The notes under the pieces: generated by a model
Databases searched by the model: none
Seen by the model: only the letters and a program-made list of their open reading frames with translations
Told to the model about the DNA's origin: nothing
IMG/VR virus record: IMGVR_UViG_3300037422_000051
DNA: 64,000 nucleotides
Direction: 5' to 3' (one strand)
Origin: a virus
Position numbers and translations under genes: made by a program
Shown here: positions 50,947 to 61,798 of the stretch, one piece after another
Layout: each line of letters opens with the position of its first letter
Numbering within the stretch: position 1 is the stretch's first letter

Positions 50947-51956
50947 GGAATGACTCCTGTGTAGACCAAGTATCCGATCACGGTTGAAGGCGGTCTGTTT
51001 TCGTGCGCCGTTCCGCTGCCGACGCTCGCGTGCGTGTGCGCGCCATCCGAAGTCACGGGCGAATCGACTACGACGAAGCCCGCATCACCGCGCCGAAGCG
51101 TCGAATCCTGGCTCCCGACATTCGGCGACACGTTGAGGTCGTGCGTGTGCGCCCCCGCTGAGCCGTGATCGTGCGCAGCGAGCTCGGCAGTCGTAAGCGC
51201 GTGCTTCTTCTCGCCGAGGAACGTGTCACCCTGGACGCCGCCATCGGCCGCGAAGTTGTTGTAATCGCCGTCGGCATCGCCGCCCGCCCAGTTCCCGACC
51301 GGGACGCGGCCGCGCAGATCGGGAACGCGGAAGCTTCCGGCCGAAGGCGCTCCGAGCAAAGGGTGCGCGTCGTAGACGCCATCGCCGAAGCCGGTCGCGC
51401 CGTAGAGCGCAGCCAGCGCCGGGTAAGTCGCTACGGCATAGGCCGTGCCGTCGCAGACCTTCCAGCCGTTGATTGCAGCGGCAGACGCGCGCCCGCTCGT
51501 GAGCCGCAGATCGCCGACCGCCGGGAGGCTCACGAAGGCCGACAGGTCGAGCGTCTTCGCGAAGTAGATCTCGACATTCGAGAGCGTCGCGGGGACATTC
51601 GAGCCGAGAATCGTGACGACGGTATCCGATCCAGAGAAGTTCGCCGACGCAACGTGCGCCTCGGCCGTCGCTGCGCCTGACATGCGGATCCGGCGACCCA
51701 CGTTGAAGTAGACCGCGGCATTGCATCCCACGATGCGGAACGTGCTCACGTTGTCGCGCGTGATCGTCTTGGCGCCAATTGGCGTCACGTCATTGAGCAC
51801 CGAGAGCCACTCGGGGTCGTCGTACCAGGTGCGAACCGTGGCCATCGTCTGCCGGCCCCAGTTATTCACGTCTTTCCCGGTCCAGTTGTCGGGCGCGCCG
51901 TTCGGGACCGCCGCGTTGTTGCTGCCAGGCGTTTTCGACCAGTCGGAGAGCGCCAT
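50943..51956 (-). CDS. Tail fibre with collar domain (copy)
   Basis: Identical repeat copy. Confidence 0.85.
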   Translation of the reverse strand: MALSDWSKTPGSNNAAVPNGAPDNWTGKDVNNWGRQTMATVRTWYDDPEWLSVLNDVTPIGAKTITRDNVSTFRIVGCNAAVYFNVGRRIRMSGAATAEAHVASANFSGSDTVVTILGSNVPATLSNVEIYFAKTLDLSAFVSLPAVGDLRLTSGRASAAAINGWKVCDGTAYAVATYPALAALYGATGFGDGVYDAHPLLGAPSAGSFRVPDLRGRVPVGNWAGGDADGDYNNFAADGGVQGDTFLGEKKHALTTAELAAHDHGSAGAHTHDLNVSPNVGSQDSTLRRGDAGFVVVDSPVTSDGAHTHASVGSGTAHENRPPSTVIGYLVYTGVIP

Positions 51957-51958
51957 GA

Positions 51959-53749
51959 TTACCTCGCCACCGCCTGCGGCTCTTCGCGACCGCTTTCTTG
52001 AATCTCGATCAGCCCGCGCCGCGCAAGCGCCTGCCCGAGTCGCCGCGCGAGCACCGAAGCGTTGGTCGAGGCGCCAGCAGCGACCACCTGCCGGTAGATA
52101 TCGGGGTCAGTGAGCGCGGTGAGCGCGAGGTTCGCGACGGCCTCGGCGCCGTACATCTGCCGGAACGTGCGGAAGAGGCCCACCGCTGCGGCACTCGCGC
52201 CCGCGAGTGCAGTCGCCTCCGACCCCAGCGCGCCGCCGCCGGCACCCGTCGCGAGGCCCGCAACGGTCGTCAGGAAGTTGGCCATGCCGGGCCGCCCGGA
52301 AGGCATCCGCGCGGAGAAGGGGGTATCGCTGCGCCCCGAGCGGGCGGCTACGCGCAGCAGTCGCTTGAGCTGCGCGTAGCCGCGCTTGCCGAGGATCTCG
52401 GTCAGCGCCACGGCCTCATCCGAAGCCTTGGAGAGTGCCGCGCCGCCCGTCTGGGGGCTCGAGGCGACATCTTCGGCCGCCTGCCCAGTCTTCCGTCCGA
52501 GGACATGCGTAATCGCCACTCTCCGCAAGGCCATCTGCTCGGCGGGATTGGTTGCTAGCCGCTTGATTCTCCGCACCTCTTCAAGCGCACGGTCACCCGA
52601 GAGGATTCTGTCGAACGCCTTCTGAGCGTTGTCGATACCGCCGAGGCGAATCAATTCACGATAGACACGCGATTCATATGGAACCGCGTCTAGCATCACC
52701 GCACGCGCAGCCTTCATATTCTTCATCGCGGTCACACCAGCGGCGCCGCCGCGCGCGGAGATGTCATTGAGAATCTCTTCGAGCGGTTCATATAAACCTG
52801 CGACCTTTGTGAAATGTCCCTTGTTTTCGGGGAACGCCACTCCAACACCGTATTGCCTGCCAACGGAACTCCGAATGTTCTCGGCACGCTGAATGCTAAA
52901 AAGTTCAGAAGGATCGATATCCACCCCGCGCCGGATTGCGCCAGGGATGTCGCTGAAGTTTTCACCCTCCAACTCTTTATAAAGCTGTTGAGCACGCTCG
53001 ACGTAGGGCCGCGCGGGAGCCGCGATGTCGAGGTTCTGCTGCTCGGCCACGCGCCGCGCGGCCTGGTAGGTGTCATCGAGGCTCTCGTATCCGCCACGCA
53101 CACCAGCCGCGAGATCCTCGGCCGGCGTCGCGATCGGCAAGTCAGGCGTCCCGACCGCCGCCGGAGACGGAAGCTCGCTGATTCGCGATGCCGCCGCGCG
53201 CGTCGCCGGATCTGCGGCCTCGGCCGCCCAGCCGCGCCCGAGGAATCGCGAGACGCGGCCTCCGCGCGCGAGCGCGCCTGCACCGGCCTGCTGCGCGCCC
53301 ATCAGGCCCATGCGCCGCACGAGTCCCGCCGCGGGTCGCCGCGTCAGCATCGAGACGCCGATATCCGCCGCGAGGCCGCCGCCGAACTGCGCGAGGCCAC
53401 CGCCGCCGCCTTCCTCGATCGCGCGCGAGGCGTACTCGCCAGCGAGGCCACCTGCAGCCCCCGTGATCGCGCCCACCGGACCTCCCATAATGAGCCCCGG
53501 CACCGCGCCGTAGACGGCTGCCTTGCCATAGGCTTCGCCAGCCGGGACGCGCCGCGGGAGTCCAGGACGCCCCACGCTGGGATCGATGCGGAGTCCCGGA
53601 AATGGCGACCGGCCGCGCGGACGATTCGGGTCCGGCGCCGAGGGCGCGGCGGGCCCGCCCATCGCTTCGAGCGCGCGCAGCGCGGCAGCCTCGTCCGGTG
53701 CCGTCACCTTGTAGGTTCCGGTCTGCGTCGAGATGCGGAAGGTCGGCAT
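51959..53749 (-). CDS. Putative ejection protein (copy)
   Basis: Identical repeat copy. Confidence 0.6.
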   Translation of the reverse strand: MPTFRISTQTGTYKVTAPDEAAALRALEAMGGPAAPSAPDPNRPRGRSPFPGLRIDPSVGRPGLPRRVPAGEAYGKAAVYGAVPGLIMGGPVGAITGAAGGLAGEYASRAIEEGGGGGLAQFGGGLAADIGVSMLTRRPAAGLVRRMGLMGAQQAGAGALARGGRVSRFLGRGWAAEAADPATRAAASRISELPSPAAVGTPDLPIATPAEDLAAGVRGGYESLDDTYQAARRVAEQQNLDIAAPARPYVERAQQLYKELEGENFSDIPGAIRRGVDIDPSELFSIQRAENIRSSVGRQYGVGVAFPENKGHFTKVAGLYEPLEEILNDISARGGAAGVTAMKNMKAARAVMLDAVPYESRVYRELIRLGGIDNAQKAFDRILSGDRALEEVRRIKRLATNPAEQMALRRVAITHVLGRKTGQAAEDVASSPQTGGAALSKASDEAVALTEILGKRGYAQLKRLLRVAARSGRSDTPFSARMPSGRPGMANFLTTVAGLATGAGGGALGSEATALAGASAAAVGLFRTFRQMYGAEAVANLALTALTDPDIYRQVVAAGASTNASVLARRLGQALARRGLIEIQESGREEPQAVAR

Positions 53750-53752
53750 GGG

Positions 53753-54808
53753 CTAGTCCGAGATCCTTTCGATCGTGACGCCTGGCGGGAGCGGAGTCGG
53801 GCCTGTTGGATTCGCTGCCGCCGCGCCGCGAGACGCACCGCTGACCATAGAAAGCGGCGTTCGGCCGAGATAGGTCTCTGCCGGGTAGTCCGGCCCCGGT
53901 AGCAATCCAGCATACCGATCGTAATGCGGCTGCTGCGCTTCCGCGGCAGCCTGCATGAGAATTTCAACCTGCGACATCACGTCCGCCATGAATTTCGGAA
54001 GCGGGCTACCCGTTGCAGCTTGCTGCATCATGCCTTCAATGCGCTGGATCAGGCTCTGCCCCATGTCGGACCGCGCCAAGTCAGTCTCGCGGATCGTGCC
54101 GGTCGGATCTAGCGTCTTCGCAAGCGCGGAGATCATCGTATTCTTGGCCTGCGGGTTATTCGTCTTCGACCAATCGTCGAACGCCGCACGCGCACGCTTC
54201 CACTGCAGCGCTGTCTCCGTAAACGGCTTTGCCTGAGTCTCGTACTGGTGCGCGAGCGAGAGCGCGTCCTTCGGCCCCAGCGGCTCCGGCGCGTTCTCGC
54301 GTTCGATCGGACTCTCGCCAACCACAGACCAGGACTTCGCCTCCGGGCTCCACTCCTCGCTCACTTCAACGCCGTCGCGCTTCACCCGACGGGTTGTCGG
54401 GGCCGCTGCCGGCTCTTGCTCCGGGTACATGTTCGCGAACGTGCTCGACATCTTGTCAGCCCACTCGAAAGCGCCATTCTGCATCAGGAACGAAAGCGCA
54501 CCCTCGCGCTGTCGAGGGTCGCTGATATCGGGGAAGTTCTGCTCCAAGTGCGAGATGATCGCCTGCTGCCGCGCCTGCTGCTCCGCATAGGCCGCTTGCT
54601 GCATCTGCGCCATCTGGTTTCGCACCGCAGCGTCCTTCATCTCCTGAAGCGCCGTCGGACCCGCCCACGGATTTTGCGTCACGCCGGATACACCCGCCGA
54701 GTACGCGGTCTCCGCGAGCAGCTGGCCCACGTTGCCGATGACGCCAGCCACGCCCGGAGAAGCGCCGAGCCCGCCGACGATCTTCTTAACGAGGCCGCCA
54801 AACGCCAC
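53753..54808 (-). CDS. Putative ejection protein (copy)
   Basis: Identical repeat copy. Confidence 0.6.
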   Translation of the reverse strand: MAFGGLVKKIVGGLGASPGVAGVIGNVGQLLAETAYSAGVSGVTQNPWAGPTALQEMKDAAVRNQMAQMQQAAYAEQQARQQAIISHLEQNFPDISDPRQREGALSFLMQNGAFEWADKMSSTFANMYPEQEPAAAPTTRRVKRDGVEVSEEWSPEAKSWSVVGESPIERENAPEPLGPKDALSLAHQYETQAKPFTETALQWKRARAAFDDWSKTNNPQAKNTMISALAKTLDPTGTIRETDLARSDMGQSLIQRIEGMMQQAATGSPLPKFMADVMSQVEILMQAAAEAQQPHYDRYAGLLPGPDYPAETYLGRTPLSMVSGASRGAAAANPTGPTPLPPGVTIERISD

Positions 54809-54809
54809 G

Positions 54810-55571
54810 CTACTCGCCTCCGCTTGGCATCATGCTCTGCATCGGATTCATCAGACCGCCAATCCCGCCAAGCAGCGCAGTCCCCCACTTGAAAGGCTGC
54901 GTCGTGGTGCTCGCCGAAGACGACTGCGCCATCAGCGGGTTGCCGGTCAGGAACGACTGGAACTGCTCGAGCTTCGCGTAGGGCCACTGGAACTGGCGCA
55001 GCGCCTCGGCCTGCTGATTCGCGGTGTCCTGCTCGTACTGGAGCCCCACCTGCCCCGCGATGCGCGGGTCGGCATACTGAAGCTCCTGCATTCCACCCGT
55101 GAGCCCGAGCGCCGCGAGCATGTTCTGACGCTCTTGCATGTAGTTCGCGCCATAGATGCGCGAAGCCGTTGCCTGCGAAGCATCCGCTACGGCATTTGCC
55201 ATCGCACCCGAGCCGAAGCGGCCCGCCGAGGCGTAGCCGGAAACCGGAGCGCCCGCAGCGGCGCCCACCGAGCGGCGAACGATCTCAGCGAGGAACGGGT
55301 TAGAATCCGGGTTGAGGTAGGCACCCGAGATCGTCTTCTGCCACTCGGGGATCGCGGAACCCGCCACACCGCCGCGTTGTGCGATTTGGAGCATCTGCTG
55401 GAGCGCGTTTCCACGCTCGGGCGAGATGCCGACATACTGAGAGGGCAGCGGCGTCTGATCGTTGTAGAGGTTGCGTGCCTCGCCGAGCGCGAACCTGCCT
55501 TGCCCGCGAAGCTCGCGGTCGATGAACGTGTTGGTCGTCTGCTTCTGCGACGAGCTGAATGCGTCACCCAT
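54810..55571 (-). CDS. Putative ejection/pilot protein (copy)
   Basis: Identical repeat copy. Confidence 0.7.
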   Translation of the reverse strand: MGDAFSSSQKQTTNTFIDRELRGQGRFALGEARNLYNDQTPLPSQYVGISPERGNALQQMLQIAQRGGVAGSAIPEWQKTISGAYLNPDSNPFLAEIVRRSVGAAAGAPVSGYASAGRFGSGAMANAVADASQATASRIYGANYMQERQNMLAALGLTGGMQELQYADPRIAGQVGLQYEQDTANQQAEALRQFQWPYAKLEQFQSFLTGNPLMAQSSSASTTTQPFKWGTALLGGIGGLMNPMQSMMPSGGE

Positions 55572-56040
55572 CGGGCTGCTCCGTCTTCAAGTCGATCGCA
55601 TAGAGCGTCGCGATCTCACGCGCGCCAGCGAGAAAACGCCCCCAGCCGCGCCGGCCGACGACCTCCACCTGGTCGTACCCGAGATCGCGTGCGATGTGCA
55701 GGATTCCGGGCCACACCACGGGCGCCCACTCGAAAAGATCGGTGCCGCCGCAGATCCCGATGCTGAAAACCTTTTTTCGCGCGTAGTTCTTTCCCTCGCA
55801 GAGCATCACCGCATGGACGCGCTTCTCATCCGGCTTCCAGGCGAGCAGCACGAGCGCGCCGCCTTCTGCGACGAGCCGCTTCACGTCTTCGAGCTCGAGC
55901 CGCTCCTGTGAGTATTCCAAGGCCAGCGCGACAAACGGCTCGAGGAAGCTCCAGCACTCGGTCGCGTACTCGGCCGTGAGCGGCGTGAGCTTCACGCCGG
56001 ATTGGCGAACCGCGAGGGCCTGATCGAGTGCAGCCGTCAC
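55564..56040 (-). CDS. GNAT-like virion-assembly protein (copy)
   Basis: Identical repeat copy. Confidence 0.65.
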   Translation of the reverse strand: MTAALDQALAVRQSGVKLTPLTAEYATECWSFLEPFVALALEYSQERLELEDVKRLVAEGGALVLLAWKPDEKRVHAVMLCEGKNYARKKVFSIGICGGTDLFEWAPVVWPGILHIARDLGYDQVEVVGRRGWGRFLAGAREIATLYAIDLKTEQPDG

Positions 56041-56489
56041 GCGGCAATCCTCCAGCGATCGTCCTCGGGATCCTTCCAGAGCTGAATCGCTGCAAACTGC
56101 GTCACGGTCATATCACCGCCAAGCTTGAAGCGGTTGGACGCATCCGAAGATCCGCTTTCGTTCTTGAGCGTAAGCGTATTCGCCGCAGCCGACGCGTTGA
56201 TGAGGCACACGCGCTGCCCATCGACGCCGACCATCCCGGTCAGGTCGCGCGCAGCGTCGAGCACCAGGCGGACGACGGACACCGCGCCGAGCGCGAGGTT
56301 ATTCGTGTTCGCGTTGATGTTGAACGTCGCGTGGTCGTAGGTCGCCATCCCAATCGGCGCGCTGCCATCGGCCGGAACCGATGCCTCGGCTACGGCCTTC
56401 GCGTAGTCCGAAAGCTGGCGTCTGTGCTCTCGCTCGTTCTCGTTGAACGCGGGCGGTGCCAAGATGCTGATCGCGTTGCGGACGCTCAT
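56037..56489 (-). CDS. Virion structural protein (copy)
   Basis: Identical repeat copy. Confidence 0.6.
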   Translation of the reverse strand: MSVRNAISILAPPAFNENEREHRRQLSDYAKAVAEASVPADGSAPIGMATYDHATFNINANTNNLALGAVSVVRLVLDAARDLTGMVGVDGQRVCLINASAAANTLTLKNESGSSDASNRFKLGGDMTVTQFAAIQLWKDPEDDRWRIAA

Positions 56490-58009
56490 CGCTTGCCCAT
56501 CGGAACAGCTGCGACGTCGAAGCCATTCAGGTTGTCGATCACGCCAGAGGTGAAGAGAATTGCCTGGTGGTAGCGCCCGCCCACGCGCATTGGAATCACA
56601 CCCGACGCGTTGATTGGTCGTAGCGCCGTGTAGGATGGTGCATCCGTCGGCCGGTAGCGCCCACCGACGCTCGCGCGGATACTTCCCGTTCCGTTGAAAA
56701 CGGGGCGGATGTACCGGACATTCGAGCGCCGGCCTGGGATGGCCTCGTAGTCCTGCGTCTGGATAGCACCTGCAAGGTGCGTCGTCGCGAAGAACGTATG
56801 CGCGCAGTGATTGGTCAGGAACACCGAGAGCTCGGTTTGCGACGAGAACCCACCGCCAATCGTATCTAGATTCACGTCGCCGAGATTCGGAGGCGTCGCG
56901 CTATCCAGATTCAGATCGCCGTAGGTGGCTGGATCGTCGAGGCTCCCGATCGAAAGCGAAGGCGGCGCGCTGAAAACCCACTCGATCGACTTCGTGATCT
57001 GCCACCAGCGTTGAAGCTCGTAGTTGTAACAGACGAGCGAATTCGCACCGCCTCCAAGCGGAAGCGACCAGACGATCGACCGCCAGAGCGGCGCGTGCGC
57101 GACCGAGCAGCGCGACCGCGCGCGGCTCCAGTCAATCAGCGAGCGGATCGTGCGATCGACCTTCTCATGCCCGGTCGGACCCGACTGCGAACCCGCAAAC
57201 ACGCGGAACCCATCCTCGGAGAGGTAGTGGATGAAGCTCCCGACTGCGATCGCGGTTCCAGGGACGAGCGCTCCAACCTCATTCTCAACCTTGCGAAACG
57301 CGAAGATGTAGGGCTTGCCGATGTAGTCCGCGCGATGCAGCTGCCGCTCGCGGAAAATCGCCGTGTACTCGGCTGCCGGGACGATTTGCACGATCGGCCC
57401 GCCATCGCCTTGCAGTACTTGGAAGTCGGACTCCACGTCGAGCGCGTCCTGCGTCCCGACCGTTGGCCAGCTCGCGAGGTTCCCGATTGCCGACCAGTGG
57501 AGCCCCGCCTCCTGCGTCCCGATCGCCGAGGCGTTGTCGCCCATGCCCACGATGTCGCCGAGCATCAGGAACTCGCCGAGCACAGCCATCGCTCGTGCGC
57601 GCGAGGCGTGAGCGCTCAGATCCGCGAGGTCCACGCCGGGCGCCGAGGACACCTGCACGGGCTCGGCCTTGCAGGTTGCAAAGCGCTGCTCGCCGTAGAA
57701 GTCAAACTCCCACCGATCGTCCGGGCCGAGGTTGTAGTCGCCCGCCTGCGAGATATCGACGAGCGCGCCACCCTGGCCTTCGTAGACCTTCGTCGCGGTG
57801 CCCGCGAGCAGGATGTCGATCCCCGCTTGCGTGCGGCCGCGCACCGCACCGCGGCACTCGGACGTGAGCGCCGGCAAGTCGTCCGGCGTCACGTCGGGTA
57901 CCGACTGGCAGCCATCCGCCGTGGGGCAGAGGTTCACAAATTGCTGGAGTCCGGGCCCGCCGAAGCGCGCGCGATCCGGCAGCCACTCGCTGATGGGTAC
58001 TTGCGGCAT
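56486..58009 (-). CDS. Tail nozzle protein (copy)
   Basis: Identical repeat copy. Confidence 0.75.
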   Translation of the reverse strand: MPQVPISEWLPDRARFGGPGLQQFVNLCPTADGCQSVPDVTPDDLPALTSECRGAVRGRTQAGIDILLAGTATKVYEGQGGALVDISQAGDYNLGPDDRWEFDFYGEQRFATCKAEPVQVSSAPGVDLADLSAHASRARAMAVLGEFLMLGDIVGMGDNASAIGTQEAGLHWSAIGNLASWPTVGTQDALDVESDFQVLQGDGGPIVQIVPAAEYTAIFRERQLHRADYIGKPYIFAFRKVENEVGALVPGTAIAVGSFIHYLSEDGFRVFAGSQSGPTGHEKVDRTIRSLIDWSRARSRCSVAHAPLWRSIVWSLPLGGGANSLVCYNYELQRWWQITKSIEWVFSAPPSLSIGSLDDPATYGDLNLDSATPPNLGDVNLDTIGGGFSSQTELSVFLTNHCAHTFFATTHLAGAIQTQDYEAIPGRRSNVRYIRPVFNGTGSIRASVGGRYRPTDAPSYTALRPINASGVIPMRVGGRYHQAILFTSGVIDNLNGFDVAAVPMGKR

Positions 58010-58011
58010 CG

Positions 58012-58662
58012 CTAGGCCCAGACCTTCCCATCGCGCGGCGACAGGTACGGCCGCATCGACCCGCCCGGTCGGTAGCGCGCGCGCGTATCCGCCGCGCGCA
58101 AGCTCGTAAGCGCGCGGTCGTAGAGCCCCTGCCAGATGCCCGCGCGCTCATCGTCCATCACGAAAGGCTGCGCCTCGAGCAGCGCGCCGTAGAGGTAGAG
58201 ATCCGGCGCCTTCGCGAGCAAGAAGTTCGAGGTGTTCGTAGTCGTCAGCGGCGGAATCTTGGCAAGGTACTCGAGCGAGGTTCCGTAGGTGCCCGGTGCG
58301 ATGCTCCCAGGATTTGGCGCGAACCAGGCCGAGCTTCCGAGAATCGTGTAGATCTTCGGAGGCCCCGTGATCGAGTGCGCGACCGACGAAAAGAATCGAT
58401 CCGGCGGCAGGTACTGCGCGGTCACGTCCGGCGATGCAAACGTGAACCGCCAGGCGATGATCTCGAGGAAGTCCGCGGGCAGCGCGACCTCTTCGGTGTC
58501 GATGTCGATCTCGGCGAGCTTGTGCATCTCGCGTATTCGCAGCTCGCGGTTGAAGCGCGCCTCGGCGAGCGTGATGAAGTCCACGACACGCCCCGTCACA
58601 TCATCGTTTTCGAGGTACGCGGTGATCGTCGTCTGCAAGTCGCTGTAGTTCGAGAGAGGCAC
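58012..58662 (-). CDS. Head-tail adaptor (copy)
   Basis: Identical repeat copy. Confidence 0.8.
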   Translation of the reverse strand: MPLSNYSDLQTTITAYLENDDVTGRVVDFITLAEARFNRELRIREMHKLAEIDIDTEEVALPADFLEIIAWRFTFASPDVTAQYLPPDRFFSSVAHSITGPPKIYTILGSSAWFAPNPGSIAPGTYGTSLEYLAKIPPLTTTNTSNFLLAKAPDLYLYGALLEAQPFVMDDERAGIWQGLYDRALTSLRAADTRARYRPGGSMRPYLSPRDGKVWA

Positions 58663-59019
58663 CTACACCCTCCCCGGAGCCGTGCGGAATCCCGCGTAGG
58701 CAGGATCGTTGAGCTTGCGCATGAGCTTTGCTTTGTCCTCGTCGCTGTTGCGCCAAATGTTGATGTCCTCTTCCTTCTGCCAGCGCTCGAGCTCGGCCAG
58801 TGGAATCGACGCGACGTGGACCATCGACCGGCCCGCCCAGAGTGACCCCGAGAAGTTGTCGCGGTTGCGAAGCGAGGCGTTGAGCGCGAGCAAATCCGTG
58901 CAATCCATCTCGGTCTGGAACTCCACGGACCCGCGCCCGTGCGGGTTCCAGCGCATCTTTCGCCGCACAAGCGAGTCGGGAAGCGACACGTCCTCCCACG
59001 GCGTGTACGAGTGCGACAC
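58663..59019 (-). CDS. Conserved phage protein (copy)
   Basis: Identical repeat copy. Confidence 0.7.
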   Translation of the reverse strand: MSHSYTPWEDVSLPDSLVRRKMRWNPHGRGSVEFQTEMDCTDLLALNASLRNRDNFSGSLWAGRSMVHVASIPLAELERWQKEEDINIWRNSDEDKAKLMRKLNDPAYAGFRTAPGRV

Positions 59020-59345
59020 TAGATGTCCTTCAGGCCCTCGACCCAAGCTGCCGTGAGGTTCTGCGTGATGACGCTCAGCCGGATCTTGCGACCCAGCGCG
59101 GCGATGATGTGCGCCTCGGCCGTGGTGCTCGCAACCGTGCGCGTCCAGACAGCGCCCGCCTCGTCATGCACGTTCGCCCAAGTCGTCCCGCCATCCGGGC
59201 TCGCCTGAAGCGTGACGACCGCGCCGTTGCCGGCCAGGAACAGCAGCCCGTGCGTGAACTCTTCGAGGTCGATCGCAATTGACTGCGACGCGGCCGTGAC
59301 CGCTCCGAAGGCGCGAACGCCGTGTCGCTTCTGAATGGGCATCAA
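59019..59345 (-). CDS. Putative head decoration protein (copy)
   Basis: Identical repeat copy. Confidence 0.65.
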   Translation of the reverse strand: MMPIQKRHGVRAFGAVTAASQSIAIDLEEFTHGLLFLAGNGAVVTLQASPDGGTTWANVHDEAGAVWTRTVASTTAEAHIIAALGRKIRLSVITQNLTAAWVEGLKDI

Positions 59346-59346
59346 G

Positions 59347-59433
59347 CCACTCCTACGAGAGAGCGAAGGCGCGTGGCAGGTCCGGCCGGGTCGGCCGTCG
59401 AAGGAGTGTGACCCGCCACGCGCCGCCCTCTCA
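59347..59433 (-). promoter_or_regulatory. Structured post-capsid RNA element (copy)
   Basis: Identical repeat copy. Confidence 0.6.
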
Positions 59434-60423
59434 CTAGCTGTTGTTCAGGTCCGCGACGATTCCGTGCGCCTTCTCGTTGCACATCTCGAGCGTCCACTCG
59501 ACCAGCAGCTCGCGCTTGAACGCGTCACCCGTGCGCGCCAGGTCGAACTGCTGCCAGTTGCGGAAATACGCAATCTTCAGGTACTCGGGATCGAGCACGT
59601 AGACCTCACGATCGATCGACGAGCCATCCTTTCGGATGTGGCGGCTCGGGAGCACCATCAGCTCGCCGAAGTTGCTGACGTACACATCCGCCGACGCGAA
59701 GATCGTGCGCGTTGCCCGATCGCTTCGCGTCACGCCGCTTGCGCCCTTGGTCCCGACGCCATCGAAGAGCGACAGGTTCGCCTTCTGCTTCGCTCCGAGC
59801 ACGATGCGAGAGGGCTTGCCGCCGTTCTCCCACGCGAGCGCGATCACGGCGTCGAGCAGCGCCTGCGTGAAGCTGCGCTGCGTGCCGTCCGTTCGCGCCG
59901 CCACCTGGCCGGCCGAGAATCCACCATTGGCCGCAGCGCCCGTGCCCATCGACACGTTCGTGACGAGCCACGCGGTGATGCCCGCCGACTGACGCGGAGC
60001 CGCCGCGCTGTCCGTGACCGTGGGCTTGTTGGAGCAGATCGTCTTGTCGACGTCCGTCTTCAGCTCGCGCGCGCGCTTCGCCGACTGGTACGCGACTTCG
60101 CTGTCGCGACCCGCCTTGCTAGCTGCCTCGAGCGAGCCGGTCACGGCGACCGTCTTGGTGCTGATCTGCGTGTAGTTCCCGAGCCGCACCGTTGCGGTCG
60201 GGTCCGCGAACGAGGCGTCTGCGCCTTCGTCGACGGCATTCGTGTCCACGGGCGCCGTGAGCACGTCCGTCTGCCACTCGTGGTAGCGTTGGGTCGCGCG
60301 GCCCGTCTGCGCCATCGACAGGACCGGAGTCTCGGTCGGACTGATGTTGAAGATTACGTCCGAGAGATCGTCGATGATCCCCACGGCGTTGTAGGTGTCG
60401 TAGTACCCTGCCGGAATTGCCAC
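59434..60423 (-). CDS. Major capsid protein (copy)
   Basis: Identical repeat copy. Confidence 0.92.
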   Translation of the reverse strand: MAIPAGYYDTYNAVGIIDDLSDVIFNISPTETPVLSMAQTGRATQRYHEWQTDVLTAPVDTNAVDEGADASFADPTATVRLGNYTQISTKTVAVTGSLEAASKAGRDSEVAYQSAKRARELKTDVDKTICSNKPTVTDSAAAPRQSAGITAWLVTNVSMGTGAAANGGFSAGQVAARTDGTQRSFTQALLDAVIALAWENGGKPSRIVLGAKQKANLSLFDGVGTKGASGVTRSDRATRTIFASADVYVSNFGELMVLPSRHIRKDGSSIDREVYVLDPEYLKIAYFRNWQQFDLARTGDAFKRELLVEWTLEMCNEKAHGIVADLNNS

Positions 60424-60433
60424 AGCTGCGTCC

Positions 60434-61477
60434 TCACGTCGGACCTCGCCGCCCCGGCATCCGGGCTCTCTTCGCGCGTTCTCGTACCTCGAACATGCGT
60501 TGAATCGCCTCGGTCGAATCCGGGTTCTTGTTCAGCTGGTCCATGGCGGCCTTCAGCTCCCGCTCCATCGTGTCCCCGGTGCCGCGCGTCGAGGCGCCGG
60601 GACGAATGGTGCGAGGCTTCTGAGCCAGTTTCCCGTGGACTTCAGGCTGGGTCTTCCGTGTCGCCTTGTCGTATTCCCGTGCTTTCCACACGAGAGTGAC
60701 ATGCCGATGGTCGATCAGCTGTTCCCACTCTTCCGGCCGGAGATTGCCTCCGTCCGGGGCCAACGCGTAGCGCCCGAGACTCTCGTACTCGGTCGCGAAA
60801 TCCTTCTTGAAAGCCGGCACCGCAGCCTGAAGCGACGCCACCTCCTGCGGAATGCGCGCCTGCCGCTCCTGCTCCGCGCGCGCAGCCGCCTCCTGCATCA
60901 TCTGATTCCGCGTCGCCTGAACCGTCGCAAACAGATTCTGGCGCCGCTGAATTTCCATCATCTTCGCCGAGAACTCGGCCGGATCTTCTACGCGCAGCCG
61001 CTGCAGCTCGATCGCGGAAGGCATGAGCTGCGCCATCTCGAACTGCAGCTGCTCGGCGATTCCGTTGACCTGCTGCATCCGCTGCTCGATGGCTGTCTGG
61101 TGCGCCCGCTGCGTCGCCTCGAATGTGGCGCGCTGCTGCGCAAGCTCCATCGCCTTGCGCGTGTAGTCGGCCTCGCGCAGCCACCCGCGCTTGAGCTCGT
61201 GCGCAGTGATCTCGGTGCCATCCTCGAGCTTCAGCGTCGGCTCTTCGGGCTCGCCTTCCGATTCGGATTCCGGCTCGGCGTCGCCAGCGGGTTCCGCCTC
61301 GGGCTCAGCTGACTCGCCCTCCGGCTCCCCTTCGGGTGCCGGCTCGGGCTCTGCGGCCTCGCCTTCGGGATCGATCCCCTGCCGGCGCTGGTTCATGTCG
61401 AAGATCGCCTTCGCGGCCTCGTCCATGCCATCGCTCATGCGGCGCGGTTCGAAGACCGGGATCTCGGGAGCGGCCAT
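60434..61477 (-). CDS. Scaffolding protein (copy)
   Basis: Identical repeat copy. Confidence 0.85.
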   Translation of the reverse strand: MAAPEIPVFEPRRMSDGMDEAAKAIFDMNQRRQGIDPEGEAAEPEPAPEGEPEGESAEPEAEPAGDAEPESESEGEPEEPTLKLEDGTEITAHELKRGWLREADYTRKAMELAQQRATFEATQRAHQTAIEQRMQQVNGIAEQLQFEMAQLMPSAIELQRLRVEDPAEFSAKMMEIQRRQNLFATVQATRNQMMQEAAARAEQERQARIPQEVASLQAAVPAFKKDFATEYESLGRYALAPDGGNLRPEEWEQLIDHRHVTLVWKAREYDKATRKTQPEVHGKLAQKPRTIRPGASTRGTGDTMERELKAAMDQLNKNPDSTEAIQRMFEVRERAKRARMPGRRGPT

Positions 61478-61480
61478 CGG

Positions 61481-61798
61481 TTACCTCCCACCCGCGGCGA
61501 CGCGCTCGAGAAACTCGCGCTCGGGCGTCGGCTTGTGGAACCGCCGCTTGCGGTCCGCCTCTTGCATCGCCTCGACGTTCGCCTTCCCGTGCGTGAGCAC
61601 CGCGCGCAGATACGCGGCGAAGACTTCGACCGCCTCGATCCGCTGCCGCGCGTCCCACGCCTCGTCGCGCGTCTTCGCCGCCGTGAGGCTACTCATCGCC
61701 CACGAGCGCACCGCTTCGAGCGCGTCGCGCAAGATGGGCGTCTCCAGCAGCCGGCGCGCTTCCTCAGCGCGCTGGATCGGTCGGTCGGTCGGTTCCAT
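61481..61798 (-). CDS. Small conserved protein (copy)
   Basis: Identical repeat copy. Confidence 0.7.
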   Translation of the reverse strand: MEPTDRPIQRAEEARRLLETPILRDALEAVRSWAMSSLTAAKTRDEAWDARQRIEAVEVFAAYLRAVLTHGKANVEAMQEADRKRRFHKPTPEREFLERVAAGGR